A stretch of 64,000 nucleotides of DNA from a virus (taxonomy: Duplodnaviria; Caudoviricetes). The stretch covers positions 160,001 to 224,000 of IMG/VR virus record IMGVR_UViG_3300022555_000003. One strand, written 5' to 3'. Below are positions 46,572 to 56,679 of this stretch, in pieces. Under the pieces are notes generated by a model. It made no database searches and had not been told where the DNA came from. It saw only the letters and a program-made list of their open reading frames with translations. Numbering within the stretch: position 1 is the stretch's first letter; each line of letters opens with the position of its first letter. The position numbers and the translations under genes are program-made.

Positions 46572-46739
46572 TTAATCCTTTTCAGTAATAACCTCTACCA
46601 ATACGCCTTCTGGTGCAACTTTTGCTAATGCTCCCTCAATTTCTGCAATCAAGTTATTGTCGACTACTGATTCAACTTCAGAATCTCTGATTAATCTGCT
46701 GAAACGCACTACTACCATTTCTTCTACAACTTTAGCCAT
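46572..46739 (-). CDS. 55-aa hypothetical protein
   Basis: Manual translation MAKVVEEMVVVRFSRLIRDSE...VEVITEKD; not in track. Confidence 0.6.
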   Translation of the reverse strand: MAKVVEEMVVVRFSRLIRDSEVESVVDNNLIAEIEGALAKVAPEGVLVEVITEKD

Positions 46740-46770
46740 TATTTATAATCCTCTATAATATATATCTATT

Positions 46771-49050
46771 TTAATATTCAGTAACAAGTTCTTCAACTTG
46801 AATTTTACTGATATTGGATTGGACAGTGATCTTTAACTCTCCGTCCCAATCCAATAGTAACTTTGACTCATCAGCGACATTATCAAATAAGATCTTCTTG
46901 CTCAATGGAAGTTTGATTAACTTACTAACTTTGCGTGCTAATGGTCTCGCACCCATTTTATCATCAACACCAGTTTCAATAATGTAATCAATTAACTTTT
47001 CACTAGCAACAACCTGGAACTTCTTTGCTGATAGTAAATTATTGATATCGTTGATCAAGCTAACAACAATCTTACGATAACTCAAATTATCAAGCTTATT
47101 GAATGTGCAAATTGCACTTAGTCTATTTCTAAACTCTGGCTTGAAAAAGTCTTTAATTGCACTCTTATTGTTTTTCTTAGAACTTTGATCAAACCCAATT
47201 AAATTTTGTTCCATCTCTACAGATCCAAGATTGCTTGTTAAAACAATAATACTTTCTCTGCAATTTGCTTGCTTACCAACTCCATTGATATAACCTTCAT
47301 CCATCATTTGTAGTAGGATTAATGTAACATCAGGATGAGCCTTTTCAATCTCATCAAATAAAATAATGCTATTTGGATGAATTTCAATTTCATTAACAAG
47401 CTGGCCGCCACCCATTGTGCTATCATCAAAACCTACATACCCAGGAGGTGCTCCAATTAGTTTTGATACTGAATGCTTTTCTTGATATTCACTACAATCA
47501 ACTCTGATCAAGTGCATATTCAATTGTTTGCTCAACTCTTTACAAATCAATGTCTTGCCAACACCAGTTGGTCCAAGTAGCAAGAAGCTGCCAATTGGCT
47601 TATTAGGATCTTTCAACCCAGCCTTGCTGATAAGTAATTCATCAGTGATGATATCAACTGCTTCATCTTGACCATATACTACTTTCTTTACTTCAAAGCT
47701 TAGATCTTTGATTTTTTCAGTTTGAACTTCATCTAGCTGTTCAAGAGGAATCTTAGTTGCTTTACTAATTTCTAGCTGGATATCAGACTTATTAACTATC
47801 CAATCTGTTGCATCTAAAATTTTAAATTTTGCACAAGCACTATCAATTAGATCAATTGCCTTATCAGGTAACTTTAACTCTTTCTGATAGCGAATACTCA
47901 AATCAACTGCTTCATCAATGGCTTCGTCTGTAATAAATCCACCATGAAATGTTTCAAAGTAACTCTTAATTCCACGTAAGATTTGTTTTGCTTTGTTTGG
48001 AGTTGGCTCAGTTAACATTAACTTACGGAACCTTCGCATCAAAGCTTTATCTTTTTCAAATGACTTTTTGTACTCTTCCCAAGTTGTACTTGCAATAACT
48101 TTAATTCTGCCCTTTGAGATAGCAGGTTTGAGCATATTTGCTAAATCTGGACCACCAGAAGATCCTGATCCTGCACCAGACATTTGATGGGCTTCATCAA
48201 TGAATAAAATGCATTTTCCGGTTACCGAAAGAGCATCAATGATCTCTACAATCTTTTCTTCAAATTCGCCTCTGTACTTGGTACCAGCTAACAAGGTACC
48301 AATATCAAGATTCCAAACTGTCCAATCTTTTAAGTAATTTGGTACAAATCCTTTAGCAATATTTAATGCAAGACCTTCAATCAGACATGTTTTACCAATA
48401 CCACTATCACCAATCAATAGTACATTGGACTTATTTTTCTTTGCTAAAATTTGAGTGATATCAGTGAGCTCTTCTTCGCGACCAATAACAGGATCAATTT
48501 TACCATCGTTTGCAAGTGCGTTCAAATTGATACAATGCTTTTCTAGAAGTTCAAGAGCTTGATTGGTGTCCATCTTTCCTTTTTCAGCAGTTACTTTGTG
48601 TTCTTGATAATTATCTTCGTAAAATTTGATAAATTTTTCAGAATCTTCATTGGTAGAACCTAAATGCTTCTTCAGTATATATGCTGCATAGCTGGTTGTT
48701 TCTTGCGTAATGCTAACATAGATATCAATCAATCTAATATGATCACGACCTTGAAATACAACCAAATTAGCAGAACGTTCAATCACTCTTGATAACGTTG
48801 CTGTTTTAACTGGATTTGTTTGAGTCTGAGTATTCTGAGTAATAAGTTTTTGATCAGATACATACTTGTTGATTTCTGAATGCATCTGATTAGTATCAAC
48901 ACCATACTTAGATAATATATCTTTGAAATTCTTGTAGCATGTCAATGAATACAATAAATGTTCTAATGTCAAATATTGGTGATTCAAAGACTTGGCATAT
49001 TCAACAGTCTTCTGAAGTACTAAACTAAGTTCTGGATTTTCTCTTAACAA
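46771..49050 (-). CDS. clpA: ClpA-like Hsp100 AAA+ ATPase with IGF loop
   Basis: Clp N-domain (LEHLL), DPVIGREEE, GDSGIGKT, FIDEAH, GPTGVGKT, LFDEIEKAHP, NLIGF, FKPEFRNRL, GARPL. Confidence 0.92.
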   Translation of the reverse strand: MLRENPELSLVLQKTVEYAKSLNHQYLTLEHLLYSLTCYKNFKDILSKYGVDTNQMHSEINKYVSDQKLITQNTQTQTNPVKTATLSRVIERSANLVVFQGRDHIRLIDIYVSITQETTSYAAYILKKHLGSTNEDSEKFIKFYEDNYQEHKVTAEKGKMDTNQALELLEKHCINLNALANDGKIDPVIGREEELTDITQILAKKNKSNVLLIGDSGIGKTCLIEGLALNIAKGFVPNYLKDWTVWNLDIGTLLAGTKYRGEFEEKIVEIIDALSVTGKCILFIDEAHQMSGAGSGSSGGPDLANMLKPAISKGRIKVIASTTWEEYKKSFEKDKALMRRFRKLMLTEPTPNKAKQILRGIKSYFETFHGGFITDEAIDEAVDLSIRYQKELKLPDKAIDLIDSACAKFKILDATDWIVNKSDIQLEISKATKIPLEQLDEVQTEKIKDLSFEVKKVVYGQDEAVDIITDELLISKAGLKDPNKPIGSFLLLGPTGVGKTLICKELSKQLNMHLIRVDCSEYQEKHSVSKLIGAPPGYVGFDDSTMGGGQLVNEIEIHPNSIILFDEIEKAHPDVTLILLQMMDEGYINGVGKQANCRESIIVLTSNLGSVEMEQNLIGFDQSSKKNNKSAIKDFFKPEFRNRLSAICTFNKLDNLSYRKIVVSLINDINNLLSAKKFQVVASEKLIDYIIETGVDDKMGARPLARKVSKLIKLPLSKKILFDNVADESKLLLDWDGELKITVQSNISKIQVEELVTEY

Positions 49051-49088
49051 ATTATTTTCTCCTACAATATAAGTATAGCAGGTATATC

Positions 49089-49829
49089 TTACTTAATCAA
49101 ATTAATGATTTTAAATTTTTGATCTTGAGTTAATTTTGGAATACTCACAGTGATATTTATTAACAAGTCTGAGCGAGACTTATTTGCCCTACTATATCCT
49201 CCACATTGTGGAATACGTAAAATAGTATTTGGTTGAGTGCTTTCAGGAACTGTAACATTAACATTTATCCCCAATGGATCTTTTATAGTCAATACAGTAC
49301 CGAGCATTGCATCCCAAATCGAAATTGTTCTTTCACATAACAAATCTACACCTTTCCAAACGAAATCAGTTGGAGGCTGGATTATAATATGAACAAACAA
49401 ATTTCCAGGTGACATATCTTTACCAGAATTTATTATGTTTGCATACTTTATAACGTCTCCATTTTGACACCCAGGAGGAATAGTTAAATCGATTGTCTTA
49501 TCAAAAGTTTGTGCAGAACGAGAACAACCATTTATACTTTCTGCAATAGAAATATTGATTTGCACTTCATGATTGATATTTCTAAACTGCTGATGAAAGC
49601 CTCCGCCCATATTTTTGAAAAACTGTTCAAAAGGATTGAATTGGCTATTATGATTATTTGATTGTTGTGGTGCAGTCAACGTTTCGTATGCTTGTTTTAT
49701 TTCTAAAAATTTATCGTGATCTCCACCAACATCTGGATGATTGTCTTTTGCCAACTTTCTGTAAGCGGCTTTTATTTCTTCAGGAGTAGCCGATTGAGGA
49801 ATTTCTAATATTTCCCAGGGAGTCTTCAT
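49089..49829 (-). CDS. dnaJ: DnaJ/CbpA-type co-chaperone (no Zn finger)
   Basis: J-domain with HPD, IKQAYETL; C-terminal GNLFV, ISIWDAMLG. Confidence 0.9.
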   Translation of the reverse strand: MKTPWEILEIPQSATPEEIKAAYRKLAKDNHPDVGGDHDKFLEIKQAYETLTAPQQSNNHNSQFNPFEQFFKNMGGGFHQQFRNINHEVQINISIAESINGCSRSAQTFDKTIDLTIPPGCQNGDVIKYANIINSGKDMSPGNLFVHIIIQPPTDFVWKGVDLLCERTISIWDAMLGTVLTIKDPLGINVNVTVPESTQPNTILRIPQCGGYSRANKSRSDLLINITVSIPKLTQDQKFKIINLIK

Positions 49830-49857
49830 ATTAAATATTTATCGGGTATTATACAGC

Positions 49858-50250
49858 TTAGAACTTTTTAGCTTTTGGCATTACTTCAGTGTCAACATGC
49901 GGGACTGCAATTTCTGCTGGCGGTTCATTAAACGGTCCCTGTTGGTTAATATCATTTGGATGTTCAAATCTATTATTATATACTCCACCTAATTTTTCTT
50001 GACTCTTCCCCCAAGATGTAACTCCTAATACAGCGCCCATTGCCAAATGAAATATTCCACCACCTTGAACTGTTAATGGTTGCCAAGGAATATATGATTG
50101 TTTGGTGTGAAAAGTATATATGGATAATAATATAGGAGCAGCTAAAAAATCAAACAGATTAATAAAAACATAGATCCAAGCTAATGCTGGACGCCATGCA
50201 TCATGAAAATGCATTTCAAATAAATGATTATGTTGTTTGTTTTTCTTCAT
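49858..50250 (-). CDS. holin (3TM-holin-like)
   Basis: WRPALAW, WQPLTVQGGGIFHLAMGAVLG, two to three TM segments. Confidence 0.65.
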   Translation of the reverse strand: MKKNKQHNHLFEMHFHDAWRPALAWIYVFINLFDFLAAPILLSIYTFHTKQSYIPWQPLTVQGGGIFHLAMGAVLGVTSWGKSQEKLGGVYNNRFEHPNDINQQGPFNEPPAEIAVPHVDTEVMPKAKKF

Positions 50251-50251
50251 T

Positions 50252-51040
50252 TTAGTCCTCCGGAAGTATAATATTATATTTATATCTTTCTAATGCTGAT
50301 AAAAATCGAGATAATCCATGAGACTCAGTGAATTTACGAGGAGACATAAAATATGTTTTTAGTCTATCTAAATTAATTTCAAATTGATTATATTGTACTA
50401 CATTGCCAAATCTATTAATATAATATGGTTCAGAATGATGAGCATACCCAAATATCAAACTTGGAGAAGAAGATACAATATCAATATTATTGACCCATCT
50501 TGTCAATGAAATGTCTTCAAAATTTAGATTATTTAAAATGAAAATAATACGTGGAGATCCATAAGTAAATACATTAGGTTTTTTTTGTATAGATAATTCT
50601 GAAACTGCTTTAAATGCTAACAGTTTAGAAATAGAACCTCCCATGCTATGTCCAGTAAACCATATTTTTTTGTTGCCATGTAATAATAAAATAACTTTAA
50701 TTATAGGCCAAATAATGTCTGTATACTTACCAAAGCCCGAATGAACTAATGCTTTGTTTAATTCACTGTGATACCAAATTTTTAAGCATGAAATACTTGG
50801 TATAGAATTGTTGTCAGAAACACCTCTAATAGAAACTATGATGTCATCTTCTAATTCAATAACAAATCCTACAGTATTTTTTTCTATTGGAAGTATAGGA
50901 GTAATAGAAACAAAATTATACTCATGTAAATTATTCTGGATGTGATCTATCTCGTTGTAACAGATTTTATTGATGTGAGCAAAAAACCATGAATTATACG
51001 CAAATGAGTTATTAGATAAATTTTTCATAAAACATACCAC
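50252..51040 (-). CDS. class 3 lipase / alpha-beta hydrolase
   Basis: SIRG, VHSGF, FTGHSMGG (GxSxG), TYGSPR, NNIDIV, C-terminal His. Confidence 0.85.
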   Translation of the reverse strand: MVCFMKNLSNNSFAYNSWFFAHINKICYNEIDHIQNNLHEYNFVSITPILPIEKNTVGFVIELEDDIIVSIRGVSDNNSIPSISCLKIWYHSELNKALVHSGFGKYTDIIWPIIKVILLLHGNKKIWFTGHSMGGSISKLLAFKAVSELSIQKKPNVFTYGSPRIIFILNNLNFEDISLTRWVNNIDIVSSSPSLIFGYAHHSEPYYINRFGNVVQYNQFEINLDRLKTYFMSPRKFTESHGLSRFLSALERYKYNIILPED

Positions 51041-51092
51041 GATATGTATTAGTATTTATCTTAGAAAAATTAAAATATTGGTAGTACTACCA

Positions 51093-51593
51093 TTACTTTA
51101 GAAAGGGAATAAGAGTTCTTGCCAGCCCTTTCTTAGGAACTTCGGGTTGTTTTGTTGGTACAGGTACTTCTTTCTTATCAGTTACAACTTTAACTGGAGG
51201 CACAGGTTTAAGCACACTAGGTACAATTAATTGTGGATCATCTGAAATATTATAATATGATTTCAATGCAGCAATTACAGCTTTTTGTTGAGCCATATGA
51301 CCTCTGATCTTAGTCATATTAATACTTAACTTTTCATACCCTGCTTCATTTAATGAAAATAAAATTGGTTGATATCCTTGATCTTTTAACTTTGCAAATA
51401 TTTCTTTGTAGTTATTTTCAGTTATAATAGACCATTGAACTCCATCTAATTGTAATGGTGTAAGTAATGGTAAATCTAATGTCGGCCTTGGTGCCTGAAC
51501 TACTTTGATTTCAGTAGGGCGTTTAGCGCAACTACTTAGTAATGCTGTACTTAAAAAAAGTATCTGGGCAAATTGTATTAGTTTGCTGTCCAT
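51093..51593 (-). CDS. putative o-spanin (lipoprotein)
   Basis: Lipobox LLSSC; Pro-rich; overlaps the upstream TM/coiled-coil gene. Confidence 0.65.
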   Translation of the reverse strand: MDSKLIQFAQILFLSTALLSSCAKRPTEIKVVQAPRPTLDLPLLTPLQLDGVQWSIITENNYKEIFAKLKDQGYQPILFSLNEAGYEKLSINMTKIRGHMAQQKAVIAALKSYYNISDDPQLIVPSVLKPVPPVKVVTDKKEVPVPTKQPEVPKKGLARTLIPFLK

Positions 51594-52026
51594 TTTGTTC
51601 CTCTGGAGTTAATTCACTACCTGATAATATTTCAAAACATCTAAATTGATCTTTTGTACCAACATTTATTGCATGTTCAATGACTGTTGGTTGAGCCAAC
51701 GCAGCTTTACTTAATGTGGTTACTTCTCCAGTTACTTCATCTGTATGTGAGGAAAACTGTCTACGAACTGCATCAATATTAAGTTGTGTTTGAGAAATTG
51801 TCTTGTTGACTTGCTGACGTAAGATATTTTGTTTACTTATGTCATTATTTATTTGATCTGTGATTGCTTGCTGTTGCTTAATTATTATTTCTTGTTTGGC
51901 AAGTCTATCAGCATTTTCAACTAACTTCTTTTGTGTATCTTTATAATAAAAATATCCGCCAAAAACTATAGTAGAAATGATAATACTAACAATGCCGATG
52001 AGTATCCATTTAGGTGTGAGTAACAT
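51532..52026 (-). CDS. putative i-spanin
   Basis: Single N-terminal TM followed by coiled coil, with C-terminal Cys residues. Confidence 0.65.
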   Translation of the reverse strand: MLLTPKWILIGIVSIIISTIVFGGYFYYKDTQKKLVENADRLAKQEIIIKQQQAITDQINNDISKQNILRQQVNKTISQTQLNIDAVRRQFSSHTDEVTGEVTTLSKAALAQPTVIEHAINVGTKDQFRCFEILSGSELTPEEQNGQQTNTICPDTFFKYSITK

Positions 52027-52037
52027 AACAGTATTAT

Positions 52038-52583
52038 TTATACTAATCCAGCAAGCTTCTGTAAATCTTTACTACCTTGATCTTCAACTTTTGGAGTAGT
52101 AATATTTAATCCAGCTGCTGTTTTTAGATCCTTTATTGGCTTTTCATATAGTCTACGATATTTTAGAGGACTAAGTGGTACTAACTTATTAAAATTTTCT
52201 TGAGTAAAAGGAACATAATTCTTTTCTTTCATAAACTTAAAAGTCCATTTAGAAAAATTAATACCTGTTGCTCCTTTAAGATCTTTTAGTATATGTGATA
52301 TTTGATCAAATAATGTTGTTCGTCTTTGAAATTCTATAAAAACTAAAAAATTATCAATTCCTGAATCATCTTGTATAAAGTCTGTGTCATTGACATAGCT
52401 ATAACCACTCTTAACAAATTCTACTAAATCTTTAGATGCTTGTTTATCACGCACTCCAATACTTACAACACAGTTCTTATCATCTCGACCTGCACTACTT
52501 CGATACATATCTACTTCAAATTTTGGCTTGATAATATCGACTAAATCGTCTAATTCAAATCCTTCAAATAAGTTGTTTGCCAT
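52038..52583 (-). CDS. hypothetical protein
   Basis: 181-aa coupled ORF. Confidence 0.7.
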   Translation of the reverse strand: MANNLFEGFELDDLVDIIKPKFEVDMYRSSAGRDDKNCVVSIGVRDKQASKDLVEFVKSGYSYVNDTDFIQDDSGIDNFLVFIEFQRRTTLFDQISHILKDLKGATGINFSKWTFKFMKEKNYVPFTQENFNKLVPLSPLKYRRLYEKPIKDLKTAAGLNITTPKVEDQGSKDLQKLAGLV

Positions 52584-53125
52584 TAAAAATTATCCATTTC
52601 TTCTGATTCGTTTGATTCTTCTTCTGTATCAACTATACCTTGTTTATCGAGCCCTTGCTCATACGCTTTGTCGATATCAGATAAATCTATAGTACTATTT
52701 AATATATCTTGTGTACCAGTTTGAATATCCTTGATTAATGATTTTGGTAAATTAATAGTTACTAACCAAACTTGCTTTTGTGCTAATTTAGGCTTTTTAT
52801 TGTTTGGTCTAAAATCGCTTTGATCTTTAATTTTAACTGGATAAATTAACCAATCCTTTTTAAATGAAATCTTTGCGTTATAGTTTAATAGACGTTCAGC
52901 TGCTGCTGGATCAGGCATCATTGAAACCGGCCACATAAAAGTACATATTACTCTATATTTCTTAACTATTGGCCCTTCAACTAGCTCTCCTAACTTCCAG
53001 TTTTGAAAAGCATAAGTTCCCATTTCATCAATAACTCTTTCAAAATCAAGTAATATGTCCATAGAACTTTTTGACATTGAAACTTGTTTAATGTTGGTTA
53101 TAATATCTTTAAGCTGTTGACCCAT
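52583..53125 (-). CDS. hypothetical late protein
   Basis: 180 aa; GATAAATA upstream near 53147. Confidence 0.7.
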   Translation of the reverse strand: MGQQLKDIITNIKQVSMSKSSMDILLDFERVIDEMGTYAFQNWKLGELVEGPIVKKYRVICTFMWPVSMMPDPAAAERLLNYNAKISFKKDWLIYPVKIKDQSDFRPNNKKPKLAQKQVWLVTINLPKSLIKDIQTGTQDILNSTIDLSDIDKAYEQGLDKQGIVDTEEESNESEEMDNF

Positions 53126-53261
53126 AGTGTTTGTTCTCTTCTATAGTATTTATCTAATCACTCGTACAAAATATTTATGCATTTTTTCTTAAAATTTAAA
53201 GTAAGAATACACGAAAACAAAAACAAATAAATACTAGTGACACAAGGAGTCTAAAAACTAC

Positions 53262-53981
53262 ATGTCCAAGAAGCAACAACAACAACAAAAACAATCAAAA
53301 CCAGTAACTGATAATACAATACAATTTGAACGTATCCAAAAACGTACTAGCATTGTACCCAGAAATTTAGTACAAGAAGAGTACTTAGATATGTTAATGG
53401 ATACTCAAAAAGTAATTGTATTTGCAGTTGGCCCAGCTGGAACTGGTAAAACACTTTTATCCATGATGGCTGGTGTAAGAGCACTTAAAGAAGGCATTGT
53501 TAAAAAATTAATTTTAACTAGGCCAGCTATTGGAGTTGATGGAGAAGAGCACGGATTTTTGCCTGGCGATATAAATGCTAAAATGGCACCGTGGACTTTA
53601 CCACTTATGGATATTATAAACGAATGTTATGATCATACTCAAGTTGAAAAAATGTTACTTGAGCAAACAATCGAACTAGCTCCACTTTCTTTTATGAGAG
53701 GAAGAAATTTTGCTAATGCTTGGATTGTGTTTGATGAAGCACAAAATTCTACAGTTAATCAAATGAAGATGGTATTAACACGTATTAGTACAAATAGCAA
53801 AGCTATTATAACTGGTGATCTTGAACAAGTTGATAGACAGTTTGCTAAAATTAATGGGTTAAAAGATATTTTAACTAGACTTCCTGACGATGATAAAATG
53901 ATTGGAAAAGTTACATTTGGGCGTGAACATATTGAACGTCATCCGATTGTGTCGAAAGTGCTCAGTCTATACGGAGAATAA
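53262..53981 (+). CDS. phoH: PhoH-family ATPase
   Basis: GPAGTGKT, LTRPA, GFLPGD, PLSFMRGR, DEAQN, TGDLEQVD, RHPIV. Confidence 0.95.
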   Translation: MSKKQQQQQKQSKPVTDNTIQFERIQKRTSIVPRNLVQEEYLDMLMDTQKVIVFAVGPAGTGKTLLSMMAGVRALKEGIVKKLILTRPAIGVDGEEHGFLPGDINAKMAPWTLPLMDIINECYDHTQVEKMLLEQTIELAPLSFMRGRNFANAWIVFDEAQNSTVNQMKMVLTRISTNSKAIITGDLEQVDRQFAKINGLKDILTRLPDDDKMIGKVTFGREHIERHPIVSKVLSLYGE

Positions 53982-53987
53982 TCACAA

Positions 53988-54019
53988 GTGTAGGGCTGAG
54001 TTTTAATTCAGCCCTACAC
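53988..54019. terminator. intrinsic terminator-like hairpin between convergent genes
   Basis: GTGTAGGGCTGAG / TTCAGCCCTACAC. Confidence 0.7.
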
Positions 54020-54027
54020 AAAAGTTA

Positions 54028-54405
54028 CTAATTATTTTCTTTACAACTGATTACTATTGCTAGTGTTGTTATCCTTTGCTCTATTGTAGCATGTAAGAAT
54101 ACCCAGGCATCTTCGTAAAATTTGCCTTTGAGACCATTTATACTTGCTACATGGCTTATATAATGTTCTCGTTGATTGTCAGTAAGACGATTTTCTACTT
54201 CGTGAATACAATCTAATGTTAACTCTCTCGGAATCCACTTCATCCCGCCGCCATAAATAGCTATTAATATCCACCAACCGTCCTTAGAATTCTCTTTTCC
54301 ATACCAGCACAACGGAAGTTCGGGTTTTTCTTCCATTAGATTACAGATTATTTTTTTGTTATTTAAAACTTCTCTGTAATCTACATAATCTAATTTGTCA
54401 TTCAT
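54028..54405 (-). CDS. hypothetical protein
   Basis: 125-aa ORF. Confidence 0.6.
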   Translation of the reverse strand: MNDKLDYVDYREVLNNKKIICNLMEEKPELPLCWYGKENSKDGWWILIAIYGGGMKWIPRELTLDCIHEVENRLTDNQREHYISHVASINGLKGKFYEDAWVFLHATIEQRITTLAIVISCKENN

Positions 54406-54413
54406 ATTTTATA

Positions 54414-54785
54414 TTAAGCTACAATTTCATCGGCTGTAATATTAATTACATTAGGTACAACTACATCACCCTTTGCATCTTCGGTGTTTACACCCATTGC
54501 TTTGAAAAGTCTATCAAAATATCCAGTATAATTCTTATAAAAATAAGAAAAAATCTGTTCGTAGTTTTGTCCTTTGAGTTCACCTAAGCTGCATTTAATA
54601 ACTTCTTGGTTGATGACATCAATAATGACATTACAATTTCTCATATCCTTCTTAGAAACTGTTCGTACGAAGTTAACAGTTTCTTCTAGTTGATAGTTCC
54701 CTTCTGTTTTCATATAACCAACTTCAGATGTTTTCTTAGCATCTAGCGGTGTACGAAAGTATGTTGCTGTGAGATATATATTCAT
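54414..54785 (-). CDS. hypothetical protein
   Basis: 123-aa ORF. Confidence 0.65.
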   Translation of the reverse strand: MNIYLTATYFRTPLDAKKTSEVGYMKTEGNYQLEETVNFVRTVSKKDMRNCNVIIDVINQEVIKCSLGELKGQNYEQIFSYFYKNYTGYFDRLFKAMGVNTEDAKGDVVVPNVINITADEIVA

Positions 54786-54964
54786 TTTATCCTTTTTTCT
54801 AATTCTGTAATTCGTTCACGTAATACCTGGTTAACATCATCTGCATCAACTTTATAATCCAATAGATAAACGATATGATTTACGCCATAAGTTTTATGAT
54901 GTTCTAAAATTTTATCTCGTATTTCAATGGGTAATGGTCCAATATTTTTCATATTATTTCTCAA
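54782..54964 (-). CDS. small hypothetical protein
   Basis: 60-aa ORF overlapping both neighbours. Confidence 0.5.
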   Translation of the reverse strand: MRNNMKNIGPLPIEIRDKILEHHKTYGVNHIVYLLDYKVDADDVNQVLRERITELEKRIK

Positions 54965-55688
54965 GAGCTGATAATTCTACAAATAATGCGGCAACATTTA
55001 TTTCTGGATCACAAACCAAACTTGCATTTACAGCCGCTTTTCTGATAATCAAGATTGCTTCATCTTTACCTTCTTCTGTATTAGCAAATAAATCCAAATT
55101 TTGATAAGTCCATGTAATTAACGAATCGATTTCATCTGGTCTAATTTGTGAGCAAATTAAAGTCCTTGCTTCTCTAAATTTTCCTTGCTTAAATAAATTT
55201 ACTGCTTCAACTTTGTAATCATTGGCATCTACTTCTTCAGATTCGCTAATAGTTAATTTCTTATCAATAGAATTCAATTGGCAAATATTAATGCATTTTC
55301 GTAAATCTGGATATGTAGCTTTTACATAAGTATCAATTGTATCAAGATCAAAATCAATATTTTCAGCAATTAATATTTCAGCTATTCTTGTTGTAAACGA
55401 AGTTAGATCTAACTTATCAATATGTAGGCATTGGCATCTACCTTTAACAGCTGGAATGATCTTATGAGCATAGTTGCATGTTAGAATAAATCTAGACGTC
55501 AAAGCATATTCTTCCATAAGCCCACGTAAGATACCTTGAGCACCTGGGGAGAGAAAATCACAATTATGAGTTAAAAAATTCCCGTTGTTGATAAAGAAGT
55601 TATGGGTTCCTGGTACCGATATATCAAAAACTTTAGCTTTTTTTTCAATTACCTTAATTGATTTTATTTTTAATTCGACCATTTTCAA
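54954..55688 (-). CDS. clamp loader small subunit C-extein preceded by split-intein C-fragment
   Basis: IntC ...VFDISVPGTHNFFINNGNFLTHN (55688-55563) then C-extein CDFLSPGAQGILRGLME...FILTCNYAHKIIPAVKGRC. Confidence 0.9.
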   Translation of the reverse strand: MKMVELKIKSIKVIEKKAKVFDISVPGTHNFFINNGNFLTHNCDFLSPGAQGILRGLMEEYALTSRFILTCNYAHKIIPAVKGRCQCLHIDKLDLTSFTTRIAEILIAENIDFDLDTIDTYVKATYPDLRKCINICQLNSIDKKLTISESEEVDANDYKVEAVNLFKQGKFREARTLICSQIRPDEIDSLITWTYQNLDLFANTEEGKDEAILIIRKAAVNASLVCDPEINVAALFVELSALEK

Positions 55689-56676
55689 TACCTTTTAACA
55701 TTTTATCTAACTGTTTCTTATTATTTTCGTTAGCAGAAAACTGTTCTTTGTTAATATAAGTCAATATGTTATTTTCATTTACCCAAATAAACTTAATATC
55801 ATTTGATATACAATATTCTATCACTTTACTTATTTTGTAATTACATTCTTTCATTGTGTTTGTTGGTTTAATTTCATATAAAATCTTATTATATGGATCA
55901 TAAAAATCTGCTATATATGTTCTGCCATTATTACTTTCATCAATATATGGTATCCTAAATTTTTCATATAATAGATCTGAATTACAAATAGCAAAACATG
56001 CTTCCCAGCTACTTCTATACTTTCTTTCTTCATTATTAATTATAGCAAAAGCTGACCAATGAGTCCACGAATTTGTAATACACGGAACAAATAAACCATT
56101 TGCAATTTTTCTTTTCATTATAACTGAATTTTTTTCAGCTGTAGATTTTAAATTACTTTTACCTTTTTCAGTCAGATTAAACGCTTTCATTTTTTCGGAA
56201 TTTATATTACCAACTTTTTTGGCACATATCTTTCCTTCTTCGGTTTGAAACCATATTTTTTTAGAATTAGAAATTTTAAGTCCAGCATTTGGATGTTTTT
56301 TTTGTTTCCATCTTTTTAATTTAGTACATGATCGGCATCGCTTCAATTGGTTAATTTGATATTGTTCTATACTATGTTCGATACTGCATTCTATACATTT
56401 TTTCAAAGTCTTTGAAAAAAAATCGATATAATAATATAATTTATATCTACAATCTTTAATTACTTTAGCACCCACTTCTTGTTTCCATGCATTTTCGGTT
56501 TTATGTATTTTGGCTGGAAATAACACAGATGTTAATTTATTTTGTGTTTTTGAATAATTAATGGCTAATTCTTGTAATTGCTGATCAGTATAATATTCAG
56601 CAATTCTGTTTTTTCCTCCTAAACCATTTTTAATTGCTAATTCTCTAAATTTTTGTTTTTGCTCTTCTGAAAACAT
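55654..56676 (-). CDS. free-standing PD-(D/E)xK (TnsA-N-like) endonuclease between intein halves
   Basis: YRSSWE...IPY...TYIADF...LYEIKP; basic N-terminus with CxxC pairs. Confidence 0.78.
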   Translation of the reverse strand: MFSEEQKQKFRELAIKNGLGGKNRIAEYYTDQQLQELAINYSKTQNKLTSVLFPAKIHKTENAWKQEVGAKVIKDCRYKLYYYIDFFSKTLKKCIECSIEHSIEQYQINQLKRCRSCTKLKRWKQKKHPNAGLKISNSKKIWFQTEEGKICAKKVGNINSEKMKAFNLTEKGKSNLKSTAEKNSVIMKRKIANGLFVPCITNSWTHWSAFAIINNEERKYRSSWEACFAICNSDLLYEKFRIPYIDESNNGRTYIADFYDPYNKILYEIKPTNTMKECNYKISKVIEYCISNDIKFIWVNENNILTYINKEQFSANENNKKQLDKMLKGIENGRIKNKIN

Positions 56677-56679
56677 ATG

